Shown: positions 1-8,626, counted from the first letter of the stretch. The stretch: DNA of 64,000 bases from an uncultured virus (IMG/VR IMGVR_UViG_3300042308_000967) (IMGVR_UViG_3300042308_000967:1-64000), one strand, 5' to 3'. Made by a program: numbers and translations. Notes: generated from the letters alone by a model not told the origin.

Positions 1-729
1 AACAGCAATTTTAAAGACAGTCGGAAGAGAGCAGAACGTCTGGCAAAGATGGGTATCCAATATATTGATTGTGGCACTAGCGGTGGTGTTTATGGTTTGG
101 ATCGTGGATACTGTCTTATGGTTGGAGGTGGAGATACTGCAGTCGCCACTTGTGCAAAGATATTTTCCGCCCTCTCCCCAGACATTCACTCCTGCCATAG
201 AACGGATCCAACATCTGATGTAACTTCTGCTGAATATGGATGGTTGCATTGTGGTGGTCCAGGTGCAGGACATTTTGTAAAGATGGTGCATAATGGTATT
301 GAGTATGGTATTATGCAAGCATATGCTGAAGGTTTTAATATTTTAAAGAACGCTAACGCAGGTTCTCGGTATGTTAAAGAAGGAGATGCTGAGGTTGCTC
401 CAATGGCAGACCCAGAAAGTTATTGCTATGATATTGATGTTGCTGAAGTGGCTGAGCTATGGCGTCGTGGTAGCGTGGTTGGTAGTTGGTTACTCGATCT
501 TACTGCTGATGTGTTACGCAGGGATGGTAGCCTTAAACAGTTCTCTGGAGGCGTATCCGACAGCGGTGAGGGTCGTTGGACTGTTTCTGCCGCTGTGGAC
601 TTGGGGGTTCCCGCTCCTGTTATTACTACTGCCCTATTTGAAAGATTTAACTCACGCAATCTCGGATCATTCGGAGCAAAGATCTTAAATGGAATGCGTT
701 ATATGTTTGGGGGTCATTTAACAAGATAA
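1..729 (+). CDS. gnd: 6-phosphogluconate dehydrogenase (decarboxylating), 5'-truncated by the window
   Basis: Frame is open from base 1 (NSNFKDSRKRAERL..). Motifs IDCGTSGG, GAGHFVKMVHNGIEYG, DSGEGRWT and MRYMFGGH are typical of the short-form Gnd, a known cyanophage AMG. Confidence 0.95.
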   Translation, partial: NSNFKDSRKRAERLAKMGIQYIDCGTSGGVYGLDRGYCLMVGGGDTAVATCAKIFSALSPDIHSCHRTDPTSDVTSAEYGWLHCGGPGAGHFVKMVHNGIEYGIMQAYAEGFNILKNANAGSRYVKEGDAEVAPMADPESYCYDIDVAEVAELWRRGSVVGSWLLDLTADVLRRDGSLKQFSGGVSDSGEGRWTVSAAVDLGVPAPVITTALFERFNSRNLGSFGAKILNGMRYMFGGHLTR

Positions 730-730
730 T

Positions 731-853
731 ATGATTAATCCTGAAACACCTTATAAACTTGCAGAGATCATTCGTGATACTTGGCCAGGTCTTTACAGAC
801 CATCAAAAGAAACTTATAATACAAAAAACAATAAGAAGAAAAAGAATGTATGA
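731..853 (+). CDS. small hypothetical protein (MINPETPYKLAEIIRDTWPGLYRP.., 40 aa)
   Basis: Read manually. ATG lies 2 nt after the gnd stop, and the stop overlaps the next start. Confidence 0.65.
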   Translation: MINPETPYKLAEIIRDTWPGLYRPSKETYNTKNNKKKKNV

Positions 854-1130
854 TTATTGGGTGGTGATAGATAAAACCACAGGTAGAGTAATTGCTCATT
901 GTGGTGAAGAAAATGATGCGCTTGCAATGATTGGTTTTGATCCAGACAAAAGAATTTATCGAAAGCAAAAGTTCATTATGGATCAAGTAATTACAGTTAC
1001 ATCAACAACAGATAAACAACTTCCTGGACAACAAGGATTGCCTGCTGCAAAAGAAGAACTGCCTCCAATAGAACTTCAACAGCAAGTGTGGCTTCCTGAA
1101 GGACAAGGAATTCCAGTAAACGCTAAATAA
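846..1130 (+). CDS. hypothetical protein
   Basis: ORF 759..1130. ATG 846 (MYDYWVVID) is the more likely start because it is coupled to the previous stop. Confidence 0.65.
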   Translation: MYDYWVVIDKTTGRVIAHCGEENDALAMIGFDPDKRIYRKQKFIMDQVITVTSTTDKQLPGQQGLPAAKEELPPIELQQQVWLPEGQGIPVNAK

Positions 1131-1150
1131 CTTTCAGTTTTATAAGAATT

Positions 1151-1387
1151 ATGAAGTTTACAGTTTATTCAAAAGACGGTTGCCCATATTGCACAAAAGT
1201 TCAACAAGTGCTAGAGTTGACGAAACTACAGCATGTAGTTTATAAATTGGACACTGATTTTACAAGAGAAGAATTCTATGCAGAGTTTGGACAAGGATCT
1301 ACTTTTCCTCAAGTGATTGTAAATGACCAACATATCGGAGGGTGTACCGATACAGTTCAATATCTAAAGGAGCAAAATTTAGTTTAA
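1151..1387 (+). CDS. glutaredoxin
   Basis: CPYC active site, TFPQV and IGGC motifs, 78 aa. Confidence 0.92.
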   Translation: MKFTVYSKDGCPYCTKVQQVLELTKLQHVVYKLDTDFTREEFYAEFGQGSTFPQVIVNDQHIGGCTDTVQYLKEQNLV

Positions 1388-1746
1388 TGAGCAGCACATT
1401 TCACGAAGTCTATGGCGATGTAGAAAAAGCTATTGACTATGCTTTTCAAGGACAGTTTGTCTTAAAATTTTATGATTACTTAAAAATTCGTGGAGCTAAA
1501 AAAGTAGAAGTTGAAGAATTTATTGAGAGTAATACAGCTAACGAAATCAGCAATTTAGTAATAGATTTGGATGATTATCTTGAGGGTGGATCTGATGAAA
1601 TTCATAGACAACTTCGTGAAGGGTATGGACATATTCCAAAACCACAAGCAAGAAAGATAAGAAATTATCTTTCTAATATACTTGAAGATGCTTGGAAGTA
1701 TAAACATGACAAGAGGCCAGGAAGACGAAAAAAGGAAACTAAATAA
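1387..1746 (+). CDS. conserved cyanophage hypothetical protein
   Basis: TAATG overlap with the glutaredoxin stop. Contains LREGYGHIPKPQARKI. Confidence 0.75.
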   Translation: MSSTFHEVYGDVEKAIDYAFQGQFVLKFYDYLKIRGAKKVEVEEFIESNTANEISNLVIDLDDYLEGGSDEIHRQLREGYGHIPKPQARKIRNYLSNILEDAWKYKHDKRPGRRKKETK

Positions 1747-1912
1747 ATCAGAACCTCAAATTAATCGAGGTGTTGAGTTACTACTTAGGAATAGGAGGAG
1801 AAGATCAGAAAAACCAAAAACTTTTCAAGTGAAGTTTGGTAAGATGATCTCTCTTTTCCGTAGAGAGTTTCATTTCTTTATAGAATTTCACTTTGATGTC
1901 AGAAGAAAATAA
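1706..1912 (+). CDS. small basic hypothetical protein (start uncertain)
   Basis: ORF 1682..1912, INRGVELLLRNRRR, fills the operon gap. Confidence 0.6.
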   Translation: MTRGQEDEKRKLNKSEPQINRGVELLLRNRRRRSEKPKTFQVKFGKMISLFRREFHFFIEFHFDVRRK

Positions 1913-1930
1913 ACTCTCTGGAGAAAACAA

Positions 1931-2161
1931 ATGGAAACAGCATATGTAATTACATTCTCTGTAATGTTCACGTTGCTCTTTTTTATGGTTGGAAGTATAA
2001 TAGGTTGGTTAACCTATAGGCACTTAGAAGAATCAAAACCTCCGTATTTACATCCAGAGTTTTTTGATGAAAATGGTCAGGTAATTCCTGACGAAATAGT
2101 ATCAGTAAGATTTGAAAACGAAAACTATTATGACTATGACGACGAGGAAGAAGACAGCTGA
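1931..2161 (+). CDS. small membrane protein
   Basis: GGAG RBS, N-terminal hydrophobic helix, HPEFFDENG motif, acidic tail. Confidence 0.75.
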   Translation: METAYVITFSVMFTLLFFMVGSIIGWLTYRHLEESKPPYLHPEFFDENGQVIPDEIVSVRFENENYYDYDDEEEDS

Positions 2162-2702
2162 AAAACCAATTGAAACTCTTCCGACAAATCCTTTTGTATT
2201 TGAAGTTCTAGAACTTGCTTCAAAACAAAAAAGTAATGCAAAAAAAGTAGAAGTTCTAAAGACTTATGAGCATGACTCACTAAAAACAATTTTTATTTGG
2301 AACTTTGATGAAAGTGTAATTTCTCTTCTTCCTGAAGGAGATGTTCCTTATGCAAGCACTGGAGAACAAACATCTTATAGTGGAACTCTTAGTGAAAAAA
2401 TTGAAGATGCTGTTTCTAAAATGAGCGAATTGGATTCAAAATCTCTTGGTTCTATGGATCAGGGAAAATCATCAATTAGAAGAGAATATACTATGTTTTT
2501 TAATTTTGTAAAAGGTGGCAATAATTCATTGAGTTCTCTTCGTAGAGAAACAATGTTTATTAACATTCTTCAAGGACTTCATCCTCTTGAAGCAGAAATT
2601 GTCTGTTTGGTTAAAGATAAAAAACTTACGAATAAATATAAAATATCTTTTGATATTGTGAAAGAGGCTTATCCAGATATTGTTTGGGGGGGACGCTCAT
2701 GA
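2130..2702 (+). CDS. conserved T4-like phage hypothetical protein
   Basis: LLPEGDVPY and RRETMFINILQGLHPLEAE motifs. Confidence 0.8.
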   Translation: MTMTTRKKTAEKPIETLPTNPFVFEVLELASKQKSNAKKVEVLKTYEHDSLKTIFIWNFDESVISLLPEGDVPYASTGEQTSYSGTLSEKIEDAVSKMSELDSKSLGSMDQGKSSIRREYTMFFNFVKGGNNSLSSLRRETMFINILQGLHPLEAEIVCLVKDKKLTNKYKISFDIVKEAYPDIVWGGRS

Positions 2703-3037
2703 CAGTAGTTGCAGAGGAAAAAAAGAAAATGGCAGAATATTCAAAAAAAGAAAAAAAAGTTCTGCCCCATGAATATGGATGCGAGGTCCTTTTAGAAAAG
2801 ACTACGATTGACAAAGCAAAAGATACTTCTTATCCTAATGATGCTTATTTGATCTGGTATAATGTTGATGATGAAGAACATCTTGATCTTGTAAGAGGAT
2901 CAAGAGTTCGCATTTTTGATATGTACTATGACAAATTTGGTCCAAAATCAATTCAAAAAATTGATTTTGGATACGGAAGAGCAAATCCTAAACTGTGGGG
3001 ATTGAAACAACCTGAAAAGAAAAAGAAAGGAAGATGA
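2699..3037 (+). CDS. hypothetical protein
   Basis: ATGA overlap with the upstream stop. Contains IFDMYYD..GYGRANPKLWG. Confidence 0.75.
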   Translation: MTVVAEEKKKMAEYSKKEKKVLPHEYGCEVLLEKTTIDKAKDTSYPNDAYLIWYNVDDEEHLDLVRGSRVRIFDMYYDKFGPKSIQKIDFGYGRANPKLWGLKQPEKKKKGR

Positions 3038-3219
3038 GTGAAGGTTTTAGTGAAGAAAAGATTGAAGTAGCAATCAATAAAGATGAAGTAAAAAAACTTC
3101 TAAAAAAATATAAAAAAGTTAAAAAGTATATGAAATCTCCTCTATTTGCAGTTAAGACTATGGATGGAACTGAGACCTATGTGAGTGAACTATTAAAACA
3201 ATCTGAGGGGAATGGGTAA
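3034..3219 (+). CDS. small hypothetical protein
   Basis: 61 aa ORF translationally coupled on both sides. Confidence 0.7.
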   Translation: MSEGFSEEKIEVAINKDEVKKLLKKYKKVKKYMKSPLFAVKTMDGTETYVSELLKQSEGNG

Positions 3220-3538
3220 GCATTATCTTTTAAATTTGTATGGATGTTCATTTGTTCTTTTGGACGATGAACGTTGTCTTATTGACTTATTAGAAAACGC
3301 AGCAGTTGCTAGTGGTGCTACTGTGGTTCAAACTATCTCAAAGAAGTTTGAACCACAGGGATGCACTATTATATCTCTACTTTCAGAAAGTCATATCAGT
3401 ATTCATACATGGCCTGAGGAAGGTAAAGCAGCAGTAGATGTTTATACCTGTGGAGATTGCAATCCAAAGATTGGTTGTGATATAATAATAGCACAATTAT
3501 ATCCACAAAGATATAAGTTAGAATTTATAGAAAGATAA
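3212..3538 (+). CDS. speD: S-adenosylmethionine decarboxylase proenzyme
   Basis: MGKH start, F.PQG, self-cleavage motif LSE|SHISIHTWPE, DVYTCG. Confidence 0.93.
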   Translation: MGKHYLLNLYGCSFVLLDDERCLIDLLENAAVASGATVVQTISKKFEPQGCTIISLLSESHISIHTWPEEGKAAVDVYTCGDCNPKIGCDIIIAQLYPQRYKLEFIER

Positions 3539-3565
3539 GTTTTGTATCTTATTTTACAAAAAAAT

Positions 3566-3594
3566 TTGCATATATAGATCGATGGGTCTATAAT
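3566..3594 (+). promoter_or_regulatory. sigma70-type promoter for the riboswitch leader
   Basis: TTGCAT (3566-71), 17 nt spacer, TATAAT (3589-94). Predicted +1 near 3601, at the first aptamer. Confidence 0.75.
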
Positions 3595-3601
3595 GACCTT
3601 A

Positions 3602-3695
3602 CGTTCATCCCAATGGGACGGAAGTAAGCCGACGCGGAACGGATCGTTCATTCGCTATTCGCAAATAGCGAACGCAAACGCCGACTGAAGGAACG
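3602..3695 (+). ncRNA. tandem glutamine-II (Downstream-peptide) riboswitch-like aptamers
   Basis: Two units of CGTTCA-[hairpin]-CG..CCGAC..GGAACG at 3602-3641 and 3645-3695, with P1 CGUUC/GAACG. They lie directly upstream of a YRG-motif peptide, the known context of this motif. Confidence 0.75.
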
Positions 3696-3728
3696 CTCTT
3701 TAACTTAAAAAACTAAGGAGAAAACCTA

Positions 3729-3866
3729 ATGTCTAAAGTAGTATATCGCGGTATTGAGTATGATACTCAAAAGCGCCTGGAGTATCAACAGCAAATGATG
3801 CAGCAACCCCAACAATACAACGAAACCTATCGTGGTGTTAAGTTTGTAAAGGAGGGACATAAGTGA
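3729..3866 (+). CDS. DUF4278-like small Gln-rich protein (45 aa)
   Basis: AAGGAG RBS. MSKVVYRGIEYD...ETYRGVKF has two YRG motifs. Read manually, below the ORF-track cutoff. Confidence 0.82.
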   Translation: MSKVVYRGIEYDTQKRLEYQQQMMQQPQQYNETYRGVKFVKEGHK

Positions 3867-3967
3867 TGAATACTTACTTCGTTCGTTATCTTAAGAGAAA
3901 AGCAAAGAAAGAAAAACTTCTTTATATTGCTCAAATTAATATGGCAAAGCAACCACAAGTTGCTTGA
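3866..3967 (+). CDS. small basic peptide (33 aa)
   Basis: TGATG coupling. MNTYFVRYLKRKAKKEKLLYIAQINMAKQPQVA, followed by a terminator. Confidence 0.6.
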   Translation: MNTYFVRYLKRKAKKEKLLYIAQINMAKQPQVA

Positions 3968-3970
3968 TAT

Positions 3971-4000
3971 GAGAGGGGACTTGACTCCCCTCTTTTTTTT
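3971..4000 (+). terminator. intrinsic terminator
   Basis: GAGGGGA-CTTGAC-TCCCCTC followed by T8. Confidence 0.88.
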
Positions 4001-4009
4001 GACTATAAT
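3981..4009 (+). promoter_or_regulatory. sigma70-type early promoter overlapping the terminator
   Basis: TTGACT, 17 nt spacer, TATAAT. Confidence 0.8.
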
Positions 4010-4032
4010 TACCTTTGTGAGGTTTAATCAAG

Positions 4033-4272
4033 ATGGATAAAGAAAAGCTTAAGTTAATCATCAGAAACCTTGAATCTCTTGTTGAATGTCTTAAATCAGA
4101 AGTATATTCTGATGTAGATGCATATAAACCAGAGATTCAGTATGAAGAAATAGCACCTTACATTGATGATTATGATGAGGTGTTCTATGATGAGAGTGAT
4201 GAACTAGCAGATTTAATGAGAGTGAATCAAAAGTACAAACTTACAAACGATGATGATGGAGATGGACTGTGA
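4033..4272 (+). CDS. hypothetical protein
   Basis: GAGG RBS. MDKEKLKLIIRNLESLVECLKSEVYSD, acidic C-terminus. Confidence 0.75.
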   Translation: MDKEKLKLIIRNLESLVECLKSEVYSDVDAYKPEIQYEEIAPYIDDYDEVFYDESDELADLMRVNQKYKLTNDDDGDGL

Positions 4273-5021
4273 AACCTATTAAAGCAAAAGACCTTCTTGA
4301 GAGGGATAAAAATCTTGAAGTAGTAATGCTTCAGTGCTATCCACTTCCGGAACAAGTAATTTATCAAGCAGGAAAATGTGACTATTCAGAAACACCAATT
4401 CACAGTCAAAAAATTCCTAAACCAAGTGAATGTGGAGAGTGGGTTGTTGAACGTCTTTTAAGCAACGAGAAAGGACACTGGGGACCTCTAGAACATCCTT
4501 CAATTACTTTTTCGGTATCTGGGTATGTTCACAACGTTGCAATGCAAGCAAGGACTCATAGAGTAGGTGTTAGTTTTGATGTTCAATCGCAACGATACAC
4601 TGGAAAAAGAGTCATTAAGGTTGCTAATGGAGAACTAAAACCAGAAGATGTATTTTATGTTCGTCCACCAGGATTTTATACTAATCGTTATGGTAAAAAG
4701 TATGATTGGACAGAAGATGATTATGTAGATGAACTCAACTGGATTGTAGAAGGATGTAAGCGTTATGCAGTAAAATATGAAAAAGGAATGTGTGAAGAAC
4801 ATATTCGTGACTATCTTGCACAGGCAATTCGTCAAAACTTTGTAGTTTCTTTTAATCTTCGTTCAGTTTTACATCTTTTGGATTTGAGAGCAAAAATGGA
4901 TGCTCAATTAGAAATTCAAGCACTTTGTGAACAAATTGCACCTCAACTTGAAAAGTGGTCTCCACATGTGTGGAAATATTATGAAGAGAAACGTCTTCAT
5001 AAAGCAAGACTTTCTCCCTGA
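4269..5021 (+). CDS. thyX: FAD-dependent thymidylate synthase
   Basis: GHWGPLEH, ThyX motif THRVGVSFDVQSQRY, NLRSVLHLLDLR..AQLEI. Confidence 0.92.
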   Translation: MKPIKAKDLLERDKNLEVVMLQCYPLPEQVIYQAGKCDYSETPIHSQKIPKPSECGEWVVERLLSNEKGHWGPLEHPSITFSVSGYVHNVAMQARTHRVGVSFDVQSQRYTGKRVIKVANGELKPEDVFYVRPPGFYTNRYGKKYDWTEDDYVDELNWIVEGCKRYAVKYEKGMCEEHIRDYLAQAIRQNFVVSFNLRSVLHLLDLRAKMDAQLEIQALCEQIAPQLEKWSPHVWKYYEEKRLHKARLSP

Positions 5022-5027
5022 GGTTTT

Positions 5028-5186
5028 ATGAAGAGTTGGTGTGTAAAAGACCATCTTACAAGACATGTATTTAAAGTCTTATTATCGGAAGAAGATTTTC
5101 AAAAGTTTCTTAAAGAAAATCCAGATATGGATGAATGTATTGATTGTGTAGAGTGCGATGATGCACCATCTATTACCATTGAATAA
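5028..5186 (+). CDS. small Cys-containing hypothetical protein (52 aa)
   Basis: GAGG RBS. MKSWCVKDHLT..FLKENPDMDECIDCVECDDAP. Read manually. Confidence 0.6.
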   Translation: MKSWCVKDHLTRHVFKVLLSEEDFQKFLKENPDMDECIDCVECDDAPSITIE

Positions 5187-5215
5187 ATACTCTCATATAA
5201 AATGGAGGAAACAAT

Positions 5216-5464
5216 TTGGCAACATATCCTGTTTATAATAAAGTAACTGGCGAACAAAAAGAAGTTACGATGAGTGTTCATGATTGGGACCAGTGGAAAA
5301 AAGATAATTCAGAATGGGATAGAGATTGGAGTGATCCTTCAACGTGTCCTAATTCTGGAGAAGTTGGAGAAATCTATGATAGACTTAAGAAGTCTCATCC
5401 AGGGTGGAATGATGTTCTTCACAAAGCATCAAAAGCACCAGGTTCAAAAGTAAAACCAATCTGA
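5216..5464 (+). CDS. conserved hypothetical protein
   Basis: GGAGG RBS with TTG start. MATYPVYNKVTGE..GWNDVL..APGS. Confidence 0.8.
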   Translation: MATYPVYNKVTGEQKEVTMSVHDWDQWKKDNSEWDRDWSDPSTCPNSGEVGEIYDRLKKSHPGWNDVLHKASKAPGSKVKPI

Positions 5465-5470
5465 TTTTAT

Positions 5471-6223
5471 ATGGCAAGAAAAAGAACGAACGATCAACCA
5501 ATTGGTGTTGGACTTACTGCTAAACAAATGAAGCGTAAGAAACCAATCAGTGCTGATTTAATGAGAGACATTGATCCTCTCACTGATAATCAAAAACTAC
5601 TTTACACGGCATACGAAGATCATAAAAATATTGTTGCTTATGGTGCTGCTGGTACAGGTAAAACCTTTATCACACTCTACAATGCTCTTCAAGATGTTTT
5701 AGATGAAAGAAGTCCTTACGAAAAAATCTATATCGTTAGGTCTCTTGTTGCTACTCGTGAAATTGGATTTCTTCCTGGTGATCACGAAGACAAGTCCTCA
5801 CTTTATCAAATTCCTTACAAGAATATGGTAAAGTATATGTTCCAAATGCCAGATGATGCATCTTTTGAAATGCTCTATGGTAATTTGAAACTACAAGGAA
5901 CAATTAGTTTTTGGAGCACTTCTTTTATTCGTGGTACAACTCTGGACAATGCAATCATTATCGTTGATGAATTCCAGAACCTAAATTTCCACGAACTTGA
6001 TTCTATCATTACTCGTGTTGGTGAAAATAGTAAGATTATGTTCTGCGGTGATGCTACTCAAAGTGATCTAATTAAGACCAATGAGAAGAATGGCATTATT
6101 GACTTCATGAAGATTCTACGTGTGATGCCTTCTTTTGATGTAATTGAATTTGGTATTGATGATATTGTTCGTTCAGGATTAGTTAAAGAGTATATCATTG
6201 CGAAGACGGAACTAAATCTATGA
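5471..6223 (+). CDS. phoH: PhoH-family ATPase
   Basis: GAAGTGKT Walker A, IGFLPG, FIRGTTL, IVDEFQN, GDATQSDL, DIVRSGLV. Confidence 0.95.
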   Translation: MARKRTNDQPIGVGLTAKQMKRKKPISADLMRDIDPLTDNQKLLYTAYEDHKNIVAYGAAGTGKTFITLYNALQDVLDERSPYEKIYIVRSLVATREIGFLPGDHEDKSSLYQIPYKNMVKYMFQMPDDASFEMLYGNLKLQGTISFWSTSFIRGTTLDNAIIIVDEFQNLNFHELDSIITRVGENSKIMFCGDATQSDLIKTNEKNGIIDFMKILRVMPSFDVIEFGIDDIVRSGLVKEYIIAKTELNL

Positions 6224-6900
6224 CATTCATTCATCATAATTACCTAGGTGATCTTGAATTAGAAAAAAAAGAAAAAAATGGCATCCGTCTCTATAACCTA
6301 CCAAGTGGAGCATGGGTGCCATCCATCACATCAGTGACTTCTTTTTATAATCGTGAGATCTTTGTTAAGTGGAGAAAGAGAGTTGGACTTGAAGAAGCAA
6401 ATCGTATTACTAAAAAGGCAACAGCAAGAGGTACTGATTTCCACCAAGTTTGTCAGGACTATCTTGAAAACAAAGAAATGAACTGGGATGATTATCAACC
6501 ACTAACAAAGTTCATGTTTCATCATGCTAAACCTTATCTTGACAAGATAAATAATATTCATGCAATTGAAAGAACACTTTACTCTGAGTATCTTGGACTC
6601 GCTGGAAGAGTAGACTGTATTGCAGAGTATGAAGGAGAACTAGCAGTCATTGATTTCAAGACATCAGAAAAAATTAAACCAGAGGAATGGATTGAAAACT
6701 ATTTTGTTCAAGAGATGTTTTATGCTGCTGCATATTACGAACTCACTGACATTCCTCCAGTCAAATTGATTACACTAATGGTCACTCCTGGAGGTGAGGT
6801 CAAAGTATTTGACAAAAGAAACAAATCAGACTATATTAAACTATTAGTTCGTTATATTAAAGAATTTGTATCTCACAATACTAGGCCAGATGGAGAATGA
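6220..6900 (+). CDS. PD-(D/E)XK exonuclease
   Basis: PSITSV, RGTDFH, AGRVDC, IDFKTS and QxxxY motifs. Usual position after phoH. Confidence 0.88.
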   Translation: MTFIHHNYLGDLELEKKEKNGIRLYNLPSGAWVPSITSVTSFYNREIFVKWRKRVGLEEANRITKKATARGTDFHQVCQDYLENKEMNWDDYQPLTKFMFHHAKPYLDKINNIHAIERTLYSEYLGLAGRVDCIAEYEGELAVIDFKTSEKIKPEEWIENYFVQEMFYAAAYYELTDIPPVKLITLMVTPGGEVKVFDKRNKSDYIKLLVRYIKEFVSHNTRPDGE

Positions 6901-7147
6901 ATTAGAGAAAGTACTAGAAAGTAAATTTTTCTGTCCATCACGATTTGCACAAGAAATTGAACATCTTGTGCAAATAAATGTGGAGATGAATTATATTGAC
7001 GCGATTATTCATTTCTGCGAACAAAACAATATTGATTTGGAATCAGTTCCTAAATTGATTTCCAAACCATTGAAAGAAAAACTTAAGTATGAAGCAATGG
7101 AACTTAACTTTTTAAAGAGGAGTTCCAGAGCGAAACTACCCCTTTGA
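6890..7147 (+). CDS. gp33: late transcription coactivator gp33
   Basis: YIDAIIHFCEQNNID..KLISKPLKEKLKYEAMELNFL. Synteny before gp59. Confidence 0.88.
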   Translation: MENELEKVLESKFFCPSRFAQEIEHLVQINVEMNYIDAIIHFCEQNNIDLESVPKLISKPLKEKLKYEAMELNFLKRSSRAKLPL

Positions 7148-7150
7148 TAA

Positions 7151-7168
7151 ATGATGCCGTTTGATTAA
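7151..7168 (+). pseudogene. orphaned original 5' end of gp59 (MMPFD*)
   Basis: ATGATGCCGTTTGAT-TAA matches GTGGTTCCATTTGAT at 7689 on the other side of the endonuclease. Confidence 0.7.
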
Positions 7169-7174
7169 CTCCTG

Positions 7175-7182
7175 TATAAATA
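7175..7182 (+). promoter_or_regulatory. T4-type late promoter
   Basis: TATAAATA 25 nt upstream of the endonuclease start. Confidence 0.75.
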
Positions 7183-7207
7183 TTATTAGATTTATTTTAG
7201 TTTAATA

Positions 7208-7702
7208 ATGTATTACTGCTATGCTTATTTGCGTGAAGATGGAACTCCATATTATATTGGAAAAGGAAGAGGGCAAAGAGCCTATTTAAAACATCCTCGC
7301 GCAAATGGATTAGATTTGCGTCCGAAAGATAAAAATAGAATAGTTATTCTTAAAGAATTTGAAGATGAGATTTCTGCTTATCAGTATGAAATGGAAATGA
7401 TAGAAAAATATGGACGCAAATGTGATGGAACTGGCATATTGAGAAATATGACTATTGGTGGTGAAGGAAATAAGTCTATTTTTAAAACTTATGAGCAAAG
7501 AAAACAAGCAGAAATTGAAAGAAAACGTAAATGGTATTATGATAATCAGGAACGTTTAAGGCAAAAAGCAGCAAAAATACTTGATGAAAACCGTGATGAA
7601 ATTAATCGCAAACGCAGGGAACGACGCAACACAGAACCATATCGTTCAGAATATCTTGCTCGGCAACGTGAGAGGAGAAATAAGAAAAGTGGTTCCATTT
7701 GA
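7208..7702 (+). CDS. GIY-YIG family homing endonuclease (free-standing)
   Basis: YYCYAY..PYYIGKG..R, conserved E, LRNMTIGGEG, basic C-terminal tail. Confidence 0.85.
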   Translation: MYYCYAYLREDGTPYYIGKGRGQRAYLKHPRANGLDLRPKDKNRIVILKEFEDEISAYQYEMEMIEKYGRKCDGTGILRNMTIGGEGNKSIFKTYEQRKQAEIERKRKWYYDNQERLRQKAAKILDENRDEINRKRRERRNTEPYRSEYLARQRERRNKKSGSI

Positions 7703-8285
7703 TTCTTATAAAACTTATCTGTCCTTGAAGAATCATTTCACCAAGGACAGTTATGATTATTTCAAATATTGTGGAAAGAGCCGCGCAACACTCCAATCTT
7801 TCTACAAACGTAAAGACAGGATGTGGTTCGAAAAAGTCTCCAGACAAAAGACAGATCAAGAGGTTATAGATTTTTTTGTTTCTAACTTCGTATCTTGTAA
7901 TGATCCAGAGACTCTTTGGATTGGTGAAATGATCAAAGAAGGAGAAGCAAGATATCAAAACTGGCAAAAGAAAATTCAATCACTTTCCTATATCTTCAAA
8001 GAAGAATCACAAAGTCTCTTTGAAGAAAATAAATTTGAGGATGTCTTTAAGTGTTCTAAAGGACATCCTATTCTTCTTAAAAAATTCCTGAATGGTAAAA
8101 TTAGCTTAGAAACACTAGTCATCTACGATAGAATTTTCCTGTTCGGGAATAAGTTTGATAAGAAACTTCAAGACCCGGTGTGGCAAACCGTCAGTCGTAG
8201 GATTAAAAAATATAATCCTTTTCTAAATATTGATGTATTTCGTTTTCGTAAAATCTTGAAAGAGATTGTTCTGGAGGATTCATGA
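7689..8285 (+). CDS. gp59: helicase loader gp59
   Basis: PFDSYKTYLSLKNHFTKDSYDYFKY..FYKRKDR, GHPILLK, ISLETLVI. GTG start with AGGAG at 7673-77. Confidence 0.9.
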   Translation: MVPFDSYKTYLSLKNHFTKDSYDYFKYCGKSRATLQSFYKRKDRMWFEKVSRQKTDQEVIDFFVSNFVSCNDPETLWIGEMIKEGEARYQNWQKKIQSLSYIFKEESQSLFEENKFEDVFKCSKGHPILLKKFLNGKISLETLVIYDRIFLFGNKFDKKLQDPVWQTVSRRIKKYNPFLNIDVFRFRKILKEIVLEDS

Positions 8286-8626
8286 GTTTCTTTAATTCTG
8301 AGGTTGTCCGTGCAGAGATGACCGAGATTGCAGAATTGCAAGAAGATGTTTATTCAAATGTCTTTAAGTTTCCTGCGATGTCAAAAGAACAGAAACTTCA
8401 ACATGTAGAACTTTTGGAAAAACTTCTTGATAAACAAAAAGTTCTTTATACAAGAGTGAGTTTGTCGGATGATCCAGAAGCAATTGAAATGAAAGAACGA
8501 ATTATGCAATCTGCTATTATGATGGGAATGCCTCCTGGCACTGACATGAATATCATTCTCAATAACATGTCTCAGATGCTTGAGGTGATGAAGCAGCAGA
8601 TTGACAAAACAGGTTCAGACCTGTAG
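8282..8626 (+). CDS. DUF1825-like conserved cyanophage protein
   Basis: MSFFNSEVVR..YTRVSLSDDPEA, located between gp59 and gp32. Confidence 0.75.
   Translation: MSFFNSEVVRAEMTEIAELQEDVYSNVFKFPAMSKEQKLQHVELLEKLLDKQKVLYTRVSLSDDPEAIEMKERIMQSAIMMGMPPGTDMNIILNNMSQMLEVMKQQIDKTGSDL

Noticed and set aside
759..845. TTG-started N-terminal extension of the 846..1130 ORF
   Set aside because: It overlaps the better-supported 731..853 ORF, and the coupled ATG at 846 is more plausible.
6220..6900. Cas4 / CRISPR adaptation gene
   Set aside because: It lacks the four-Cys Fe-S pattern and no array or cas genes are present. It is the usual exonuclease next to phoH.
7581..7688. N-terminal extension of gp59 given by the ORF track
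   Set aside because: It overlaps the endonuclease in another frame. Similarity to gp59 begins at VVPFD, with an RBS before GTG 7689.
7166..7703. Group I intron in gp59 (exon ending in U followed by TAA)
   Set aside because: No room for, or sign of, P3-P7 core elements and no terminal G at the required junction. A duplicated start explains the pattern better.
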